The notes under the pieces were generated by a model. That model ran no database searches. It was given only the letters and a program-made list of their open reading frames with translations, and was not told the origin of the DNA. This document shows, in pieces, positions 12,555 through 26,600 of a stretch of 64,000 nt of DNA. The stretch is from assembly GCF_004010195.1 (NCBI RefSeq), contig NC_057757.1, positions 3,620,811-3,684,810 on the forward strand, given 5' to 3'. The position numbers and the translations under genes were made by a program. Source of the DNA: Chiloscyllium plagiosum (Eukaryota). The stretch's first letter is position 1; each line of letters opens with the position of its first letter.

Positions 12555-13530
12555 CTCGGGATGAGGTTGCTCATTAGCTCACTGAGTTGCTGGGTTACCG
12601 TGCAGATGTTTCATTACCATGCAGGATAACATCATCAGGGTGACTTCTGTGAAGCACTGTTGTTCTGTCACACTTGGCTTTTATGTGGATCCAATCTGTA
12701 GGGTTGAGTGTCATTTCCTGGTCTTCTCTGCAGCAGTTTGTACACTGGGTTGATCTCTAGGCGCTTGTTAACGGCCTTTTTTGATTGAAAACCAGGCTTC
12801 CACAAACTCTCTTGTGTGTCTCTGGTTATGTTGTTGTAGAAGAATTGATGGCATTCTTGGTCTGTGTGTACAGAGATGAGGGAGAGTGGATCCTGTCAGT
12901 TAGATACCAGTTGGTGCTCATGACGTCAGATGCATAGTTTTCTTGATGTCGTGTTTACTGCAGCTGTTGCAAGGAATTTTGTGTACCATGTTGGTCCTAC
13001 ATGTTGCGGGTATGGGGCCCTTTGTCCTGGTAATTAGTTGGCGTAGTGTGGCTGTTGGTTGGTGTACTACCATAATACCTCGTGGTTGAAATAGCTTGAT
13101 TGTTAATTCTGTTATGTTCTTCACATAGGGCAAGGTGGCCAGTATGTTGGTAGGTACAGTGTCTTCTTAGTATTGTCTATTGGACAGGCATCAGCAGATG
13201 AAGCTAATAGGGTATCCGTTGTTAGCAATGACTTTGTGTAAGTCTTCTTCTTCTTCCTTCCTCTCTCTCATCTCCATACACACAGACCAAGAGGGCCATC
13301 AATTCGACTATGACAATGTAACCATTTTAGGACAATCCAATTGTAAACCCAATGTACAAACCGCTGCACAGAAGACCCAGAGGTGAAACTCACCCCAACA
13401 GATTGGACCCACATAAAAACCAAAACAGAACAACAGCATGTCACGAAATTCGCCCTGATGATGTTTCCCAGCATGGTAACAAAACGTCTACACGGTAACC
13501 TAGCAGCTCAGTCACTAACCAACTAGCTCA
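12555..13530 (-). mobile_element. Penelope-like element (second family) with an inverted tail
   Basis: ORF 12918-13133(-) PYVKNITELT...TLRQL...KIPCNSC precedes a GIY-YIG region; 12575-12650 and 13441-13515 are inverted copies carrying ctgatga...(g/a)aaac motifs. Confidence 0.65.
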
Positions 13531-14588
13531 GAGCATCTGTATGGCAAGTCCAGTTCAATTCCTGGTCAATGCGAACCCCAAGGGTGTTAATAGTTGGCCA
13601 GTCAGTGATGGTCATGGAATTCAATCTTATGGTGCAATAGTTAGGTTATCTCCAATTGGTGATCACTCCATTACTGTTGTTACCTCCAATTGCATGTCAT
13701 TTGTGTGGCCTGAATATCTTTTGCCACTTGGCAGCCCAAGCCTGGATATTGCCCACATGTTGTTGCATTTGAAAACAGACTACTTCGGTATCTGAGGAGT
13801 TGGGACTAGTCCTTAATGTTGTGCAATTATTGGGGATCTCCCCACTTCTGATCTTATGATGGAGGGAAGGTCATTGATAAACAGCTAAAGATGGTTGGAC
13901 CTAGGACACCTCCCTGAGGAACTCCTGCAGAGATGTCCTGGAGCTGAGATTACTGGTCTCCAACAACTATATTTTCCTATGTACCAGGTATGATTGTAAC
14001 CAACCGAGAATCCCCCCTACCTCCTGATTCCTCTTCACTCAATGTTGCTGGGGTTCTTGAGGCCACGCCCGGTCACATGTGGTCTTGGTAGTCAGACTCA
14101 CCTTACCTCTGGAATTCATTTCATCTTGATCATACAGTCTTTCAGTCTTTCAGACCATTAATTATTTTCTAACTCATTCCCTCGGTCTCTTTGTTGCCTA
14201 ACTTGACTCAATGCAGAGTGACAGCAGTGTGTACCGTCCAACAGATGCAGTGCAGTTAACTCAACGAAGTTACTTTGACAAAGAACTCAGTCAGAAAAAA
14301 TTGTCATACCAAACTCAAAACAATATATCTCCCTCCAGATGCTGCAGACCTGCTGAGTTTCTTCAGCATTCTCTGTGTTTGTTCTAACAAATTACTCCAT
14401 TTCTGTTGTTACCAAATATGTATTCTCATGATGCATGATTGTTATCAGAGAGGGGTCTTTCGCATTTCACCTTTGGTTCATATGACATCAAGCCACAGAT
14501 ATTTCAAAACAACTTCTCTGTTGCTGCAATTTCGCAATTAATTTCCAAACTCAGAAAACCTAATTTCTCCTGGGAGCCTCACGTCAGA

Positions 14589-14594
14589 TATAAA
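14589..14594 (+). promoter_or_regulatory. Putative TATA box of GPCR A2
   Basis: TATAAA about 45 bp upstream of the start-codon position; conserved in paralogue A3 (tttata at about 46109-46114). Confidence 0.45.
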
Positions 14595-14632
14595 TGTCTC
14601 ACCCACTTTATGTGGAGTCATGAATCTTCAAA

Positions 14633-14702
14633 AAGCATAGTGCACCAAAAGGTCTGCTCTTTGCAATTTATTATCCCATCCTTGCAGTTATCGGGGTGCC
14701 AG
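14633..14702 (+). pseudogene. GPCR A2 exon 1 (KHSAPKGLLFAIYYPILAVIGVP); ATG position reads AAG
   Basis: 70 nt, aligning codon for codon with A3 exon 1 (MHGVPEGLLFAIYYPILAAIGVP); donor cag|gtactg at 14702/14703; in-frame TGA at 14621. Confidence 0.8.
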
Positions 14703-15179
14703 GTACTGGACTGACATTTGTTGTATGTTTTGAAAGTCATTTTGATTTTAGCTGCTTCAAAACAAAGTTGCTGTGATCACTAATCTGTTTTGTATACCTT
14801 ATTCCCTTTCAGTGTTATGATGTCTTTCTGGAAAGATATTTGATTTGAACGTATTAATTCATTTATTTAGGCATAATTCTACATTTTAACTATATTGTTG
14901 CTTTGGCTATTCTATCATTTCTCACCTGCAATTGAATATTTTATAGATTTATGCGTAATAATTTGCTGCCTTTAAAATATCCCTTTAAAGTATCATCTAA
15001 TCTAATATTTCTACCAGTGGATCATATGTCTTCTATTCAAGGTTGCATTTTTTTTAGTTAATGCATGAAGTCTTTCCTTTATAATTCCTGATAGTATAAC
15101 TGCAGATGTTATACCAAGGTTTGAGCCATCAATATGAGTGAATGATAGCCAGAGAGAACATTGTGCTATGGTGTCACCT

Positions 15180-15740
15180 GTAATGTCGTGAGATGATGCT
15201 GTCACTTCAAGAGGTGATGTTGCCCTTTTTATTGAAGAGACATTATAATGCAAAGGGCACAAACTGGCTACTGAGCATGACTTAAATGAATTTGTGAGGC
15301 TTTGGGTTTTTTTAAAAGTTGGAACAATAGAAGTAACCTGAACGGGTGTGGACAGCTCTCACAGTCCAGATTTTCTACTTTTCTTTTAGCTTTCAGCAGA
15401 AGAAGCTATTAGGGTGTAAAACGAGTCAAGAGCTTCAGTGAATGGCTTCTCGCTGCTATTCTCTGTGAACTTTCTGGTAATTTTGTTTTTCCTCCTGGAT
15501 TGCAGAACGACATTAAAGACTCTGTGTCTAAATTTGCCTTTTTGCCAAGTGGCGTGCTTATGGGATGTCACTGTATTGGAACTGCTCATCAGGAATCGGC
15601 AATGTATTTTTTATTCAGTTAAGTTTTGAATGCAGTTAAGGTACTCAAAATTCCACTTTCTTTTGTTTGCATTTTAACTACAGTTTTTAAACAAATTATG
15701 CTTTGCTTAACATTGAGTAGTTTGACCAATCACATTGCAT
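15180..15740 (+). mobile_element. LTR in the A2 intron; a copy at the equivalent site lies in the A3 intron (44873-45510)
   Basis: tcacctgtaatgt(c/a)gtgaga..gctgtcactt junction shared between paralogues; internal ttggaacaatagaag..cctgaa motif shared with 62880. Confidence 0.6.
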
Positions 15741-18148
15741 CTATGATGTGGAGGTGCCACGGTTGGACTGGGGTGGACAAAATCAAAAATCACACGACAC
15801 GACATTATAGTCCATTTATTTGAAATCACGAGCCTTAGGCGCACAATCCCTTTTTCAGGTGCAATGAGAGAGGGAAGCACTCCAACACCGTGCTTATATA
15901 CAGTGATCAAAGCCTGAAACATCCAAATACCCCATAACTAACTCACATCATTGCGTCAGATAAGTCTCCCCAGGTGACCAAGAGTGTTAGATGATGTTTA
16001 TAAAGTCGATGTCGTGACAATCAAGCAGAGCGATAGGAATATATGCTTTAAACTAAGAAAAAGTTAGGGTCCATACTATTTCTACACATCTTTCAGAGCT
16101 AATTTCTGATCCATACCAGTAGTGAGACTGACAAGTCATCAAATAGAATATTGACCACTTTGATGGGAAAGAATATTTGGTCAATTGGTAATTGTGTTTG
16201 CAAGTAGTGCCTTCAATGTACAGAGACTATAGGAGAATGGCTGGTCTTACACAAGTCCCAACAGCTGGCATCCAGTCAGCTGAAAGCACCCCAACCAGGA
16301 GTGGGGTGGATGGGAGGAGGAGGAGGAGGAGGGGTGGACAGAGCATGTCATAGATGCACATGAGAAACTCTCAAAGCCAATTCTAATTGGAACTGGGGAG
16401 AGGCAATAAAAGCTGGTCCAGCCAGTGATGATACCTACGTTCCACGAATGTATGGGAAATATGGTAAAATGTAAGTTTCTCAAATGCGCATGTTGATTTT
16501 ATAAAATAACACCACTGGCCCATCAAATCGACACCAACAAAAGTTACTCTAAATCTACACTAGTCTCACTTTCAAACCCATGAATGTTATACCATCTCAA
16601 AGGCTCATCCACATCCTTTGTTTGAATGGTGGGAGTTTTCCCATCTCGACCAAGTTCCCAGGCAGAACATTCCAGACCTCACCATCCTCTGGGTGAAAGA
16701 GAATTGTCCTCAGCACCTCTCCTGCCTTTTGGGACAGGTTTATATGCTGGATTAGATTGGAAAGGTATTGAATTTAATGATGGGATTGATTAATGATTCA
16801 CTGCAATCAAGAGGTAGCTATATCTCGATGTTATCATCATTACTAACTACATAATATCACATGCCTCAGATGAAGTCACAATATTCAGGGTTTAAAATTT
16901 CTCAGCTGTCTGTAACAAATGACTCCAGTAAAATGATGTTATTTTGTGACAAACTGTTAAATGTAAGTGCGTGCATATGGTGAAAATGCCTCGTGTCTGG
17001 TGACTTTCTTCATAAGTATTTTGCTCTGTCCATACCACTAAATGTTGGGATTCCATTCTCAATCTCTAACTCCATTCATGGTTCAGTGTCAGATTGATCT
17101 TCAAAATGACCTGTGACAGATGGTTGCTCAGTGAACATGCTGAGGTCATATTAAGACAATACTCTGAATTGTTCCTGTTCTCAATCTTTTCTTAAGAAGC
17201 TGTAGTAATGTGGCATCTTTCCTACATTTCTTTTTAATGTAGTAGTTCAATTTGTGTGATTGACGAAGGAAATACCTTATGCTGATTCTCCTGTGCAGCT
17301 CCAGTGGGAATGCTGTGCTTCCATGGTATGCCTTTATCTGAATGAGTGAAAGCTAAAGTTGTCATTGCCCACTTAGACCATAAGGTTGCTCCCTCATTAG
17401 AGAGAAATGATTGGGAGAAGTTTAACCTAAGAGGTTATCATGCTCAGGGAAGGGGAGAGGTTGCTAAGGTGAGACCTTCATGGTAACCTCAGCCAGTGCA
17501 GCAATTGAACCTACACTATTACCATTAAACAGCATTACAGCCGAGTTACCCAACCAACTGAGCTAACCAACCCCTATCTGAACAAAACCTCATAATCTGT
17601 TTGTTCATGTATACAACTGAACCTTACAGCTGGGAAATAGGGGATTGGTGAAAATTGCTTCTGTGCATTCACCAAAAGTACCAAATTCAGAAAACTATAA
17701 TTTTACACAATAGTGTGATTCCTTTTCTGTTTAACAGACTGAATAATGTGTGGATAACCATATCACAATTTAATCAGTGAGAGTGAAATTGCCAGATTCA
17801 ATTTTAAATGCTGACATTTTAGATTCTCATTTAGCGTTATTTTAGTAGTGATAGTTTCTGCCCTAATTGCCATAATCTTCACATTTATTACGAATAATAT
17901 TATATTATTTTACATTTTGATTACTATACAGTATGTGTTTGTGTCTGGTTTATTGTTTTAACTGAAAACTTACTGTTGATAAAATAGAAAATTGTTTTCA
18001 GTATTAAGTGCCAGATTTAAAAAGTTCACACAAAATTCGAAAACAAAACATTGTTAAAGGAGTCAGGTATTATTGTTCTGCTCACACTGTCTGTCTCATT
18101 ATTCCATTTCCTCCATTCATTGGATTCTGCCTCCTTTTCATGTTGCAG

Positions 18149-19059
18149 CTAACTTGGAAGTGATTGTGATCCTATCCAGAGAAAGGTGCGGTCTCACCAG
18201 ATGCATCACTTACTACCTCGTATTCATGGCAGTGACAGACCTACTGGTCATTATTACAGCTGTAATATTGAACCGCATTGTTGGAATTTATTTCCCATTC
18301 AGCGTCCTGTATGTCACCCCAGTCTGCAGTGTCAATTTTGCCCTCATGGCTGGAAGCAGTGATTGTTCTGTTTGGGCAACTGTAGTATTCACTATTGATC
18401 GGTTTGTAGCCATTTCTTGCCCAAAATTGAAGACACGATATTGCACAGAAAAAGTAGCAGCTGTGGTTATAGGGGCAGTTTGTGGCATCAGCTGTATCAA
18501 AAATACATTCTGGTATTTCATATATGAACCATTATATACAATTGGCAATGCACCATGGTTTTGCAAAATTAAGTCTATATTTTATACCTCACCTGCATGG
18601 GCTGCATTTGATTGGATTGATCGCATTTCAACCCCTTGCCTCCCATTCGTTTTGATCTTACTGCTCAATGCTGTGACTGTCAGACAAATTCTAAAGGCCG
18701 TTCGAATTCGCAAAAGACTCCATGTTGGTAAACAGGGGGAAAATCAGAATGACACAGAGGTGAGGAACCGGAGAAAGTCCATCATCCTGCTCTTCTGTAT
18801 CTCAGGCAATTTCCTCCTGTTATGGCTGCTGTATTTTTTAACATTTCTCTACGTTCGAATTGCTAACGTAAGTTATTTCTCAGGTTCCAATTACAAAGAG
18901 TCCAATTTCAACCTGGAAGAAAGCGGGTATATGCTTCAGATCTTAAGTTCCTGTATAAACCCATTTATTTATGCAGCGACCCAGAGTAAGTTCAGAAATG
19001 AGTTATGGAGTGGCATTAAAGTTTCCATCAATTTTGTTGTGAAGATTTTAAAATTTTGA
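18149..19059 (+). CDS. GPR139/142-like GPCR A2 exon 2: intact ORF from TM1 end to TM7 (326 aa if spliced from the start-codon position)
   Basis: Acceptor ttgcag|ctaac gives VP-ANL. MAVTDLLV (TM2), TPVC, SVW..V.FTIDRFVAISCP, PWFC, LNAVTVR and SSCINPFIY resemble GPR139 (ANILTVIILS, SIWITVPLTIDRYIAVCHP, INFFLY). No stops; AATAAA at 19116. Confidence 0.9.
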
Positions 19060-19283
19060 CAAAAAATGAACAATTCATGGACTAAGACTTATTTGTATAA
19101 TCTTGCAGTTGGCTCAATAAAGAGACTGTGTTGTCCAAGATGGCCCGATTTTCATGTGTTCAACTTAAGAAGGTTCATACTTACGAACGCAATCTCGTTC
19201 AGGGGTATAATTCGAAACTTACAACACTAATCACCACCTCTTTTATATTATTCCGCAATGTGTTCGGATTTGCAAACTTTGGG

Positions 19284-19314
<31 letters not shown>

Positions 19315-19372
19315 CTCCCTCTGCTGTATGATGTAACAAACTGTATCTGATGCCCACAATCTCATCTTCATA

Positions 19373-20922
19373 ACGGTGGATAAATCCCCGGGACCTGATC
19401 AGGGGTACACGAGAACTCTGTGGGAAGCTAGAGAAGTGATTGCTGGGCCTCTTACTGAGATATTTGTATCATTGATAGTCACAGGTGTGGTGCCAGAAGA
19501 CTGGAGGTTGGCTAATGTGGTGCCACTGTTTAAGAAGGGCGGTAAAGACAAGCCAGGGAACTATAGACCAGTGAGCCTGACGTCGGTGGTAGGCAAGTTG
19601 TTGGAGGGAATCCTGAGGGTCAGGATGTACGTGTATTTGGAAAGGCAAGGACTGATTAGGGATAGTTAACATGGCTTTGTGCGTGGGAAATCATGTCTCA
19701 TAAACTTGATTGAGTTTTTTGAAGAAGTAACAAAGAGGATTGATGAGGGCAGGGCTGTGGATGTAATCTATATGCTCTTCAGTAAGGCGTTCGACAAATT
19801 CCATATGGGAGACTGTTTAGCAAGGTTAGATCTCACAGAATACAAGGAGAACTAACCATTTGGACACAGAACTGGCTCAAAGGTAGAGGACAGAGGGGTG
19901 GTGGAGGGTTGCTTTTCAGACTGGAGGCCTGTGACCAGTTGAGTGCCACAAAGATCGGTGCTGGGTCCACGACATTTTGTCACTTACATAAATGATTTGG
20001 ATGTGAGTATAAGAGGTGCAGTTAGTAAATTTGCAGATGACATCAAAATTCGAGGTGTAGTGGACAGCAAAGAGGATTACCTCAGATTACAACAGGATCT
20101 TGACCAGATCGGCCAATGGGCTGAGAAGTGACAGATAGAGTTTAATTCAGATAAATGTGACGTGTTGCATTTTGGGAAAGCAAATCTTAGCAGGACTTAT
20201 ACACTTAATGGTAAGGTCCTAGGGAGTGTTACTGAACAAAGAGTGCAGGTTCATAACTCCTTGAAAGTGGAGTCGCAGGTAGACAGGATAGTGAAGAAGG
20301 CATTTGGCATGCTTTCTTTTATTGGTCAGAGTATTGAGTACAGGAGTTGGGAGGTCATGTTGCGGCTGTACAGTACAATGGAATATTGTGTGCAATTCTG
20401 GTCTCCTTCCTATCAGAAAGATGTTGTGAAACTTGAAAGGGTTCAGAAAAGATTTACAAGGACGTTGCCAGGATTGGAGGATTTGAGCTATAGGGAGAGG
20501 CTGAACATGCTGGGGCTGTTTTCCCAGAAGTGTCGGAGGTTGAGGGGTGACCTTTACAAAATCATGAGGGGCATGGATAGGGTAAATGGACAAAGTCTTT
20601 TCCCTGGGGGTGGGAAATCCAGAACTAGGGGGCATAGGTTTAGGGTGAGAGGGGAAAGATATAAAAGAGACCTAAGGGGCAACTTTTTCACACAGAGGGT
20701 GGTACGTGTATGGAATGAGTTGCCAGAGGAAGTGGTGGAGACTGGTACAATTGCAACATTTAAAAGGCATTTGGATAGGTATATGAATAGGCAGTGTTTG
20801 GAGGGATATCGGCATGTTGCTGGTAGATGGGATTAGATTAGGCTGGGATACCTGGTCAGCATGAATGGGTTGGACCGAAGGATCTGTTCCTTGCTCTACA
20901 TATCTATGCCTCTATGACTCTG
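19373..20922 (+). mobile_element. CR1 LINE RT region to 3' tail, with stops and frameshifts
   Basis: DKSPGPD, ANVVPLFKKG, NYRPVSLTS, KFADD, QFWSP; tail ctatgcctctatgactct. Confidence 0.93.
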
Positions 20923-21894
20923 CCAAGTCCTACTAAGATTGCGCGTACACACACACACACATACAAAGGCATAACTCAGTTTTGTTATCCTCAAGTGAGC
21001 ACTGCTAAAATCTGTTAAAGGAACACAACATGACCTTCATCTCCTTCTCTGATGTACTTCAATAATCTAATTCACACATACACAATCTTACCATTGTCTC
21101 CTCGGCTGGGTGCTATAATAATTTCTATCTCTCTCTTTCTCTCACTCTCTCTCTCACACACACACACGCATACACACACTTAAACACACATGCATACAAA
21201 CACACACACACACACACAGAATTTAGTCTTCACCACCCCCTGCTGGGTGATGAAATAACCTCAATCACAGAGATACAATCTCACTTTCCCCATCCCTCAG
21301 CTGGGTGCAATGACCATCCTCCTGTTCCCACCTGGAGCTTTGTGACCTCATTACCATACAGTCTGGAAACATCCCAGTATATACTTCCTGTAACATTGCG
21401 GTTGTCTGATGTTCCCCTGGCCTTTCAAACACAGTAGGCATCACTTCCACCTGTGATCCAGCTCTGTCATTACCAAGGATAAACTACATTTCTGAAACCG
21501 AGAATGTTTCTATCATGCCTGCCACCACTTCACAAATTTTCACTCTCCAAACTCAACTGAAATAATAGAACAATGTTCTTCTCAACATGAACTACACACA
21601 TTATCACCTCTTTTCTGGCAAAACCCCTTCTGAATGACATGTTTGTGACTAGTGGCTTGCTTTTGTATTTCTTAAAATTTTAATTTCTTTCCCTACTCCT
21701 CCTGGAAAATATGATTCAAGCAAGTAAATTCTCAGAGAGCTCTGGCACTTCATCACAACCAACCCCTGACTGGGTTGGAGATTCTTTTGCAACTTTTTCG
21801 CTGCTTTCCTTTACCTCTTCTAAAAACGATGCAAATACCTCATTAGCTCATCTCTAACTTTGTTTGAATCAGCAATACCGACATCGTGACTCAC

Positions 21895-23665
21895 CCTCTC
21901 CATACCCCTCATAATTTTATACACTTCAATCATGCCCCCTCTCAGTCTTCTCTGTTTGAAAGAAAACAGCCCAACCGATCCAGTTTCTCCTTATAGCTCA
22001 ATTTCTACATCCCCGGCAACTTCATGGTCAGCCTCCTCTGTATACCCTCCAGTGCTATCACATCCTTCTTGTAGTGAGATGACCAGAACTGCACACAGCA
22101 CTCCAGCTGAGGCCTGACCAATTCTCTGTACAGTTCTAACATTACCTCCTTGGTGCTATAATCTATGCCATTGCTGCTGAATGCAATTTTCCTGAATGTC
22201 TTCTAAACCATCCTATTCACGTGTTCTGTTGATGTCAGGGACCTCTGAATAATTGTGCCTCTGTTCCTCTAAGATTCCCAGTGTCCTACCATTCATTAAA
22301 TAGTCCCTCATCTTGTTTCTTCATCCAAAGTGCATCACCTCGCACTTACCACTGGTTGCCACTGGTCTGCCATCTGACCAACCCTTCTATGTCTTCCTGT
22401 AACCTTCAAACATCTTTTTTCATGATTAACCACCCTCCCAATCTGCAAATTTGCTCAACATTTCCCACATGTTTTCATCTGTACCATTTCTATATATAAC
22501 AAACGATCAGGATCCCAGTACTGATTCTTGTGGAACTCCACTGGAGACCTGCCTCCAGTCACTCAAACAACAGTCTATCCCTACATTTTGTGTCCTATTA
22601 CTAAGCTAGGTTCTGATTCATCTCACCACGTTTCCCTCTATTCCATGTTCTTTAATCTTCTCTGTCAATCTCCCATGCAGGAGCTTGTCAAAAGCTTTGC
22701 TAAAATCCATAAAAATGACATCAACTGAACTTCCCTCATCTACACGTTTTCAAAAAATTCTAACAAATTTGTTAAGCATACCCTCCCTCTGACAAAGCCA
22801 TGTTGACTATCCCTAATTAACCCAAGTCTTTCCAGATGAACATTAATTCTCTCCTTCAGAATATTTTTCCAATAGTTTCCCTCCCACTGACGTGAGACTC
22901 ATCGATCTGTATTTCGTTGGTTCACCTCTAACACCCTTCAAAAAAGTCGAGCCACATTAGCCAACCTCCAGATCTCTGGCACTTCCCCTGTGGCCAGAGA
23001 GGAGTTAAAACTGTGTGTCAGAACTCCTGTAAAATCCTGCCTCACCTCCCACAGAGGCCTTGGATGCAATCCATCTGGGCCAGGATATTTGTCCCTTTTT
23101 AAACCTGACAGAGTCTTCAATACCTCCCTGTTGCCTTTGGCAAACGGTGCAAGCTCCTCATAGTCCCTTTTCCTGAATTCCATACATATGTTCTTCTTTT
23201 CCAAAATGAAGTCTGAAAGGAAATATTCTTTTAACACCCTTCCAATATCCTGCAGCTTCACACACAGGTTGCTAATGGGCCCTACCCTTTCTCTGATTAA
23301 CCTCTTCTCCTTTATGAATGATAAACTCTCTTATAATTTTCCCCAATTCTGTTCTCAAGTCCTTTCTGATGTCCCCTTTTTGCTCTTCTAAGTTACTTTC
23401 TTAATTGCCTCTTGCACTTTCTATATTCCTCTGGGCCAGAGCTGTATTTCTCCCTTTGCACTTACTAAAAGTCCTGTTCTCCTTCCTCATTCAAGCCTGA
23501 ATTGTCCTAGACATCCAGTGTTCTCTGAACTTATTGTTCCCATGTTTCCCCCAAAAGGGTACATGTTGGACCTGCACTCTCCCCAGCTCCTTTTTGAATG
23601 CCCCCCATTGTTTCACTGTCATCTTACCCACAAGGAGCTGTTCCCAATCTATTGTGGGCTGATCC
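21895..23665 (-). mobile_element. Old CR1 LINE, degraded
   Basis: ORF 22938-23261(-) DKYPGPDGLHPR...WRLANV; an inverted paralogue lies at 63422-64000. Confidence 0.8.
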
Positions 23666-23667
23666 TG

Positions 23668-26600
23668 TGTTACAGACCAGACCAAACCACCTCATAATAT
23701 ACAAAGAAGATAGCCTGGATTCTAACATTTTATTAATTTACAGGTAAGTATTAGGTGTTGCATTCCACATGAAATTCAATCAGTCAAACGACTGGACTTT
23801 AAGCAAAACACGTTTATTTTTACACTGCAGTTAAAACACAGACAATATAAAAATGAAAGAAAAGACTTGACTTAGCTGTAACTCTATTGAAATTATTAAC
23901 AGAATTACACATAAGTTAATGGTTCCAATGTGGTAACAGTTCATAAATGCACCTTTGGAACTGCAAATTCAGTAAAATATATTGTTGCACACACACGTTT
24001 CTAGATCAGGAATAGGAACCAAGCTTTTAGCTGTAACAGAGAGACAAATAAGAGTTTAAAATTAAGCTGCAAGACTAGAACAAATTCAGAAACCAAAATC
24101 TAAAAATTCAAGTTATGTGAGAGCTTGACTCCACCCGTTCAGGTTGCTTCTATTGTTCCAACTTGAAAAGAAAACCCAAAGCCTCACAAGCTGTTTGCTT
24201 TATTGGCTTCGAATCTTCTCTGTCTCAATGCTTCTTTAAAATACACCTCTTAAAGTCATCGTATTATCACATCTTCATCTCTTCAAATACATAAACCGTC
24301 AACATATATACAGAATGACTTCATTTTTTGTCTCATGCTACCAGTACACTACAATACATATACATTGCATTGACTTGAAGCATGCGAACAGTCACTCCCA
24401 CAGTCCATTTTAGTATGTTCTGCCCCACCATTAAACATCTCTGTCTTTTTTCATCCGACATAGCAACACAATGGGTTTTCTCATCCTGCCACATGTATAA
24501 TTTTCAAATTGAATAGCTGTAGTAATAAATTTCATCTATTTCAACAGCCTGGAATTTTTATCCTTAAATTTAAAGAAAAACTTTATTAGGTTACATTTGA
24601 TATATACAATTGTCTTTGAGACATTACTGGCAATATGAATGTTGAAACGTTACACTACCAACACCAAACTCAAAGTCTCCTTCTAAATTATGGGAATATT
24701 TCTGTTATTTCTTATTCAATTTTCTGGAAAATTACCCAATTGGTCTTTTTAGCTTCTTGTTATCTTCATGTAAGAGCACAACATTGATGCGCACACATCA
24801 CTCACATCAATAGCCACCTTGAATGGCTTTGTGTAATCAGGTGTGGATAACACTGGGATAGTTTTTGACACAGCTTTCAGGCTCTCCAATGCCTTCTGAC
24901 AACTCTCCATTCGCAGTAATTTTCTGCATATCTTCAATATATCTGTCAGTGGAGCAACAAGACTGCTACAATTCAGTACGAACTTCAACTAAAACCCATT
25001 CAATCCCAGGAATCACAGTACTGCATCATTGATGGTGTGGGAAATGCCCCAATAACCGATTTTCAAATTGTATTGAGCTATCGGACTATGTCCATTGACA
25101 AGGCCCAGGAATGTGACTTGGGCTTTTGTGAACTCACTCTTCGCCAGGTTCATCACCAACTGTGCTTCCTGAAGTCCATTGAACAATGCCAATAGATAGT
25201 GCAAATGTTCCTTCCATATGTGTCTAAAGGTCACTAGGTCATCCATGTACATCACATAGTTGGTTAATCCAGAAATTACTTTATTGATTAGTCTTGAACT
25301 GCGGCTAGTGCATTCTTCATACCAAATAACATGACATTGAACTGGTACTGTCCATTCGGTGTCACAAGGGTGAAATTGTCTTTGATTTTTCATACCTGCT
25401 AGTATGCTTGGAGAAGGTACAACATAGAAATATAAGTAGCTTGTCCCACCTTCTAAAAACTGTCTTCCAAACATGGAATAGGATATAAATTAGACGTTGT
25501 GACTGTGTTGACTTTATGAAAGTCCACACATAATCATTTGATTCCATCAGATTTTGGCACCATTTCAATGGGAAAGTTCATGTCATTGCAACTTGCATCG
25601 ATCATGTTGTCTTTCAGCAACTGTACAATCTCTTTGCGAACTTATGCCAACTTTACAGGATTAAGTAAAAAAGGATGTTGCTTAATTGGAACAGCATTCT
25701 CCATATCTACATTATGTGTAACTGGATTAATATTTCCCAGCTTATTCTCACATACCTTTCCAAGTGATTATGTTCTTTCAGGTCATTTTAATTTTCATCT
25801 GGAATGTAGCTCAATAATTTATCTCAAGTTTTGAAAACTACACCATTGATCAATTTAATTTGAAGAATGTCCAAATCAGAATAATCTGAAATTGGTTCTT
25901 CACTCTGTGTTGCAACTGGTAACACATTCTCCTTTTTCTCTCCTTCCTTGTCAAAATACCTTTTGAACATTAACACTAATACTTTATCTCCACTAGCAAA
26001 ACCGTGAAGTTTTGATTTCTTGCCTGCTTCCTGTTTCATCACATGCTGTCTTACTTCTAAATGCTGTCTCGCAAAACTCATCCACTCTGTGTAATATTTC
26101 ATTAAAGTTTGACATATGAAATTTGCAATGTGTGATCTCTGGACTCTGAATCAACAATTTCTTCTTAATTATTGTCAGTGGTTCTCTCTCCTCATGTCCA
26201 AAAACTGATACAAATAGACTGAATTTGGTAGATTCATTTGGTGCATCCCATTTTCAATTTCTTTATCCCAATTGTCTGGATAGTGTCTAATCTGAGCACT
26301 CAACAATGTTGTTAAAGTTTGATGCTATTGTTCTAAACCTCTCGGCAATCTTGGAATTGAATTGTATTTTTCCTAAACTATTCATAATTTCCTTGAATAA
26401 TTTCAATAAAAAATTGATTGTATTTCTGAGTCCACTCTATATCTAGTTTACATTTGAGTAACTCTTCTGTAATCCTTTAAGCCATGATTTTAAGCAATGG
26501 AATGGCTTTTCAAAATCCAATGGATGCATCCATGCTGAATCCCATTTTCAGTTTTAGATAGGGGTCCTACACAATCAACTAAGACCCTTGTAATAAAATG

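Noticed and set aside
18073..18148. N-terminus MFCSHCLSHY... of the 328-aa ORF as a single-exon gene
   Set aside because: The start is TTG, and the stretch is a pyrimidine-rich intron end with an AG acceptor at 18148 shared by all A copies.
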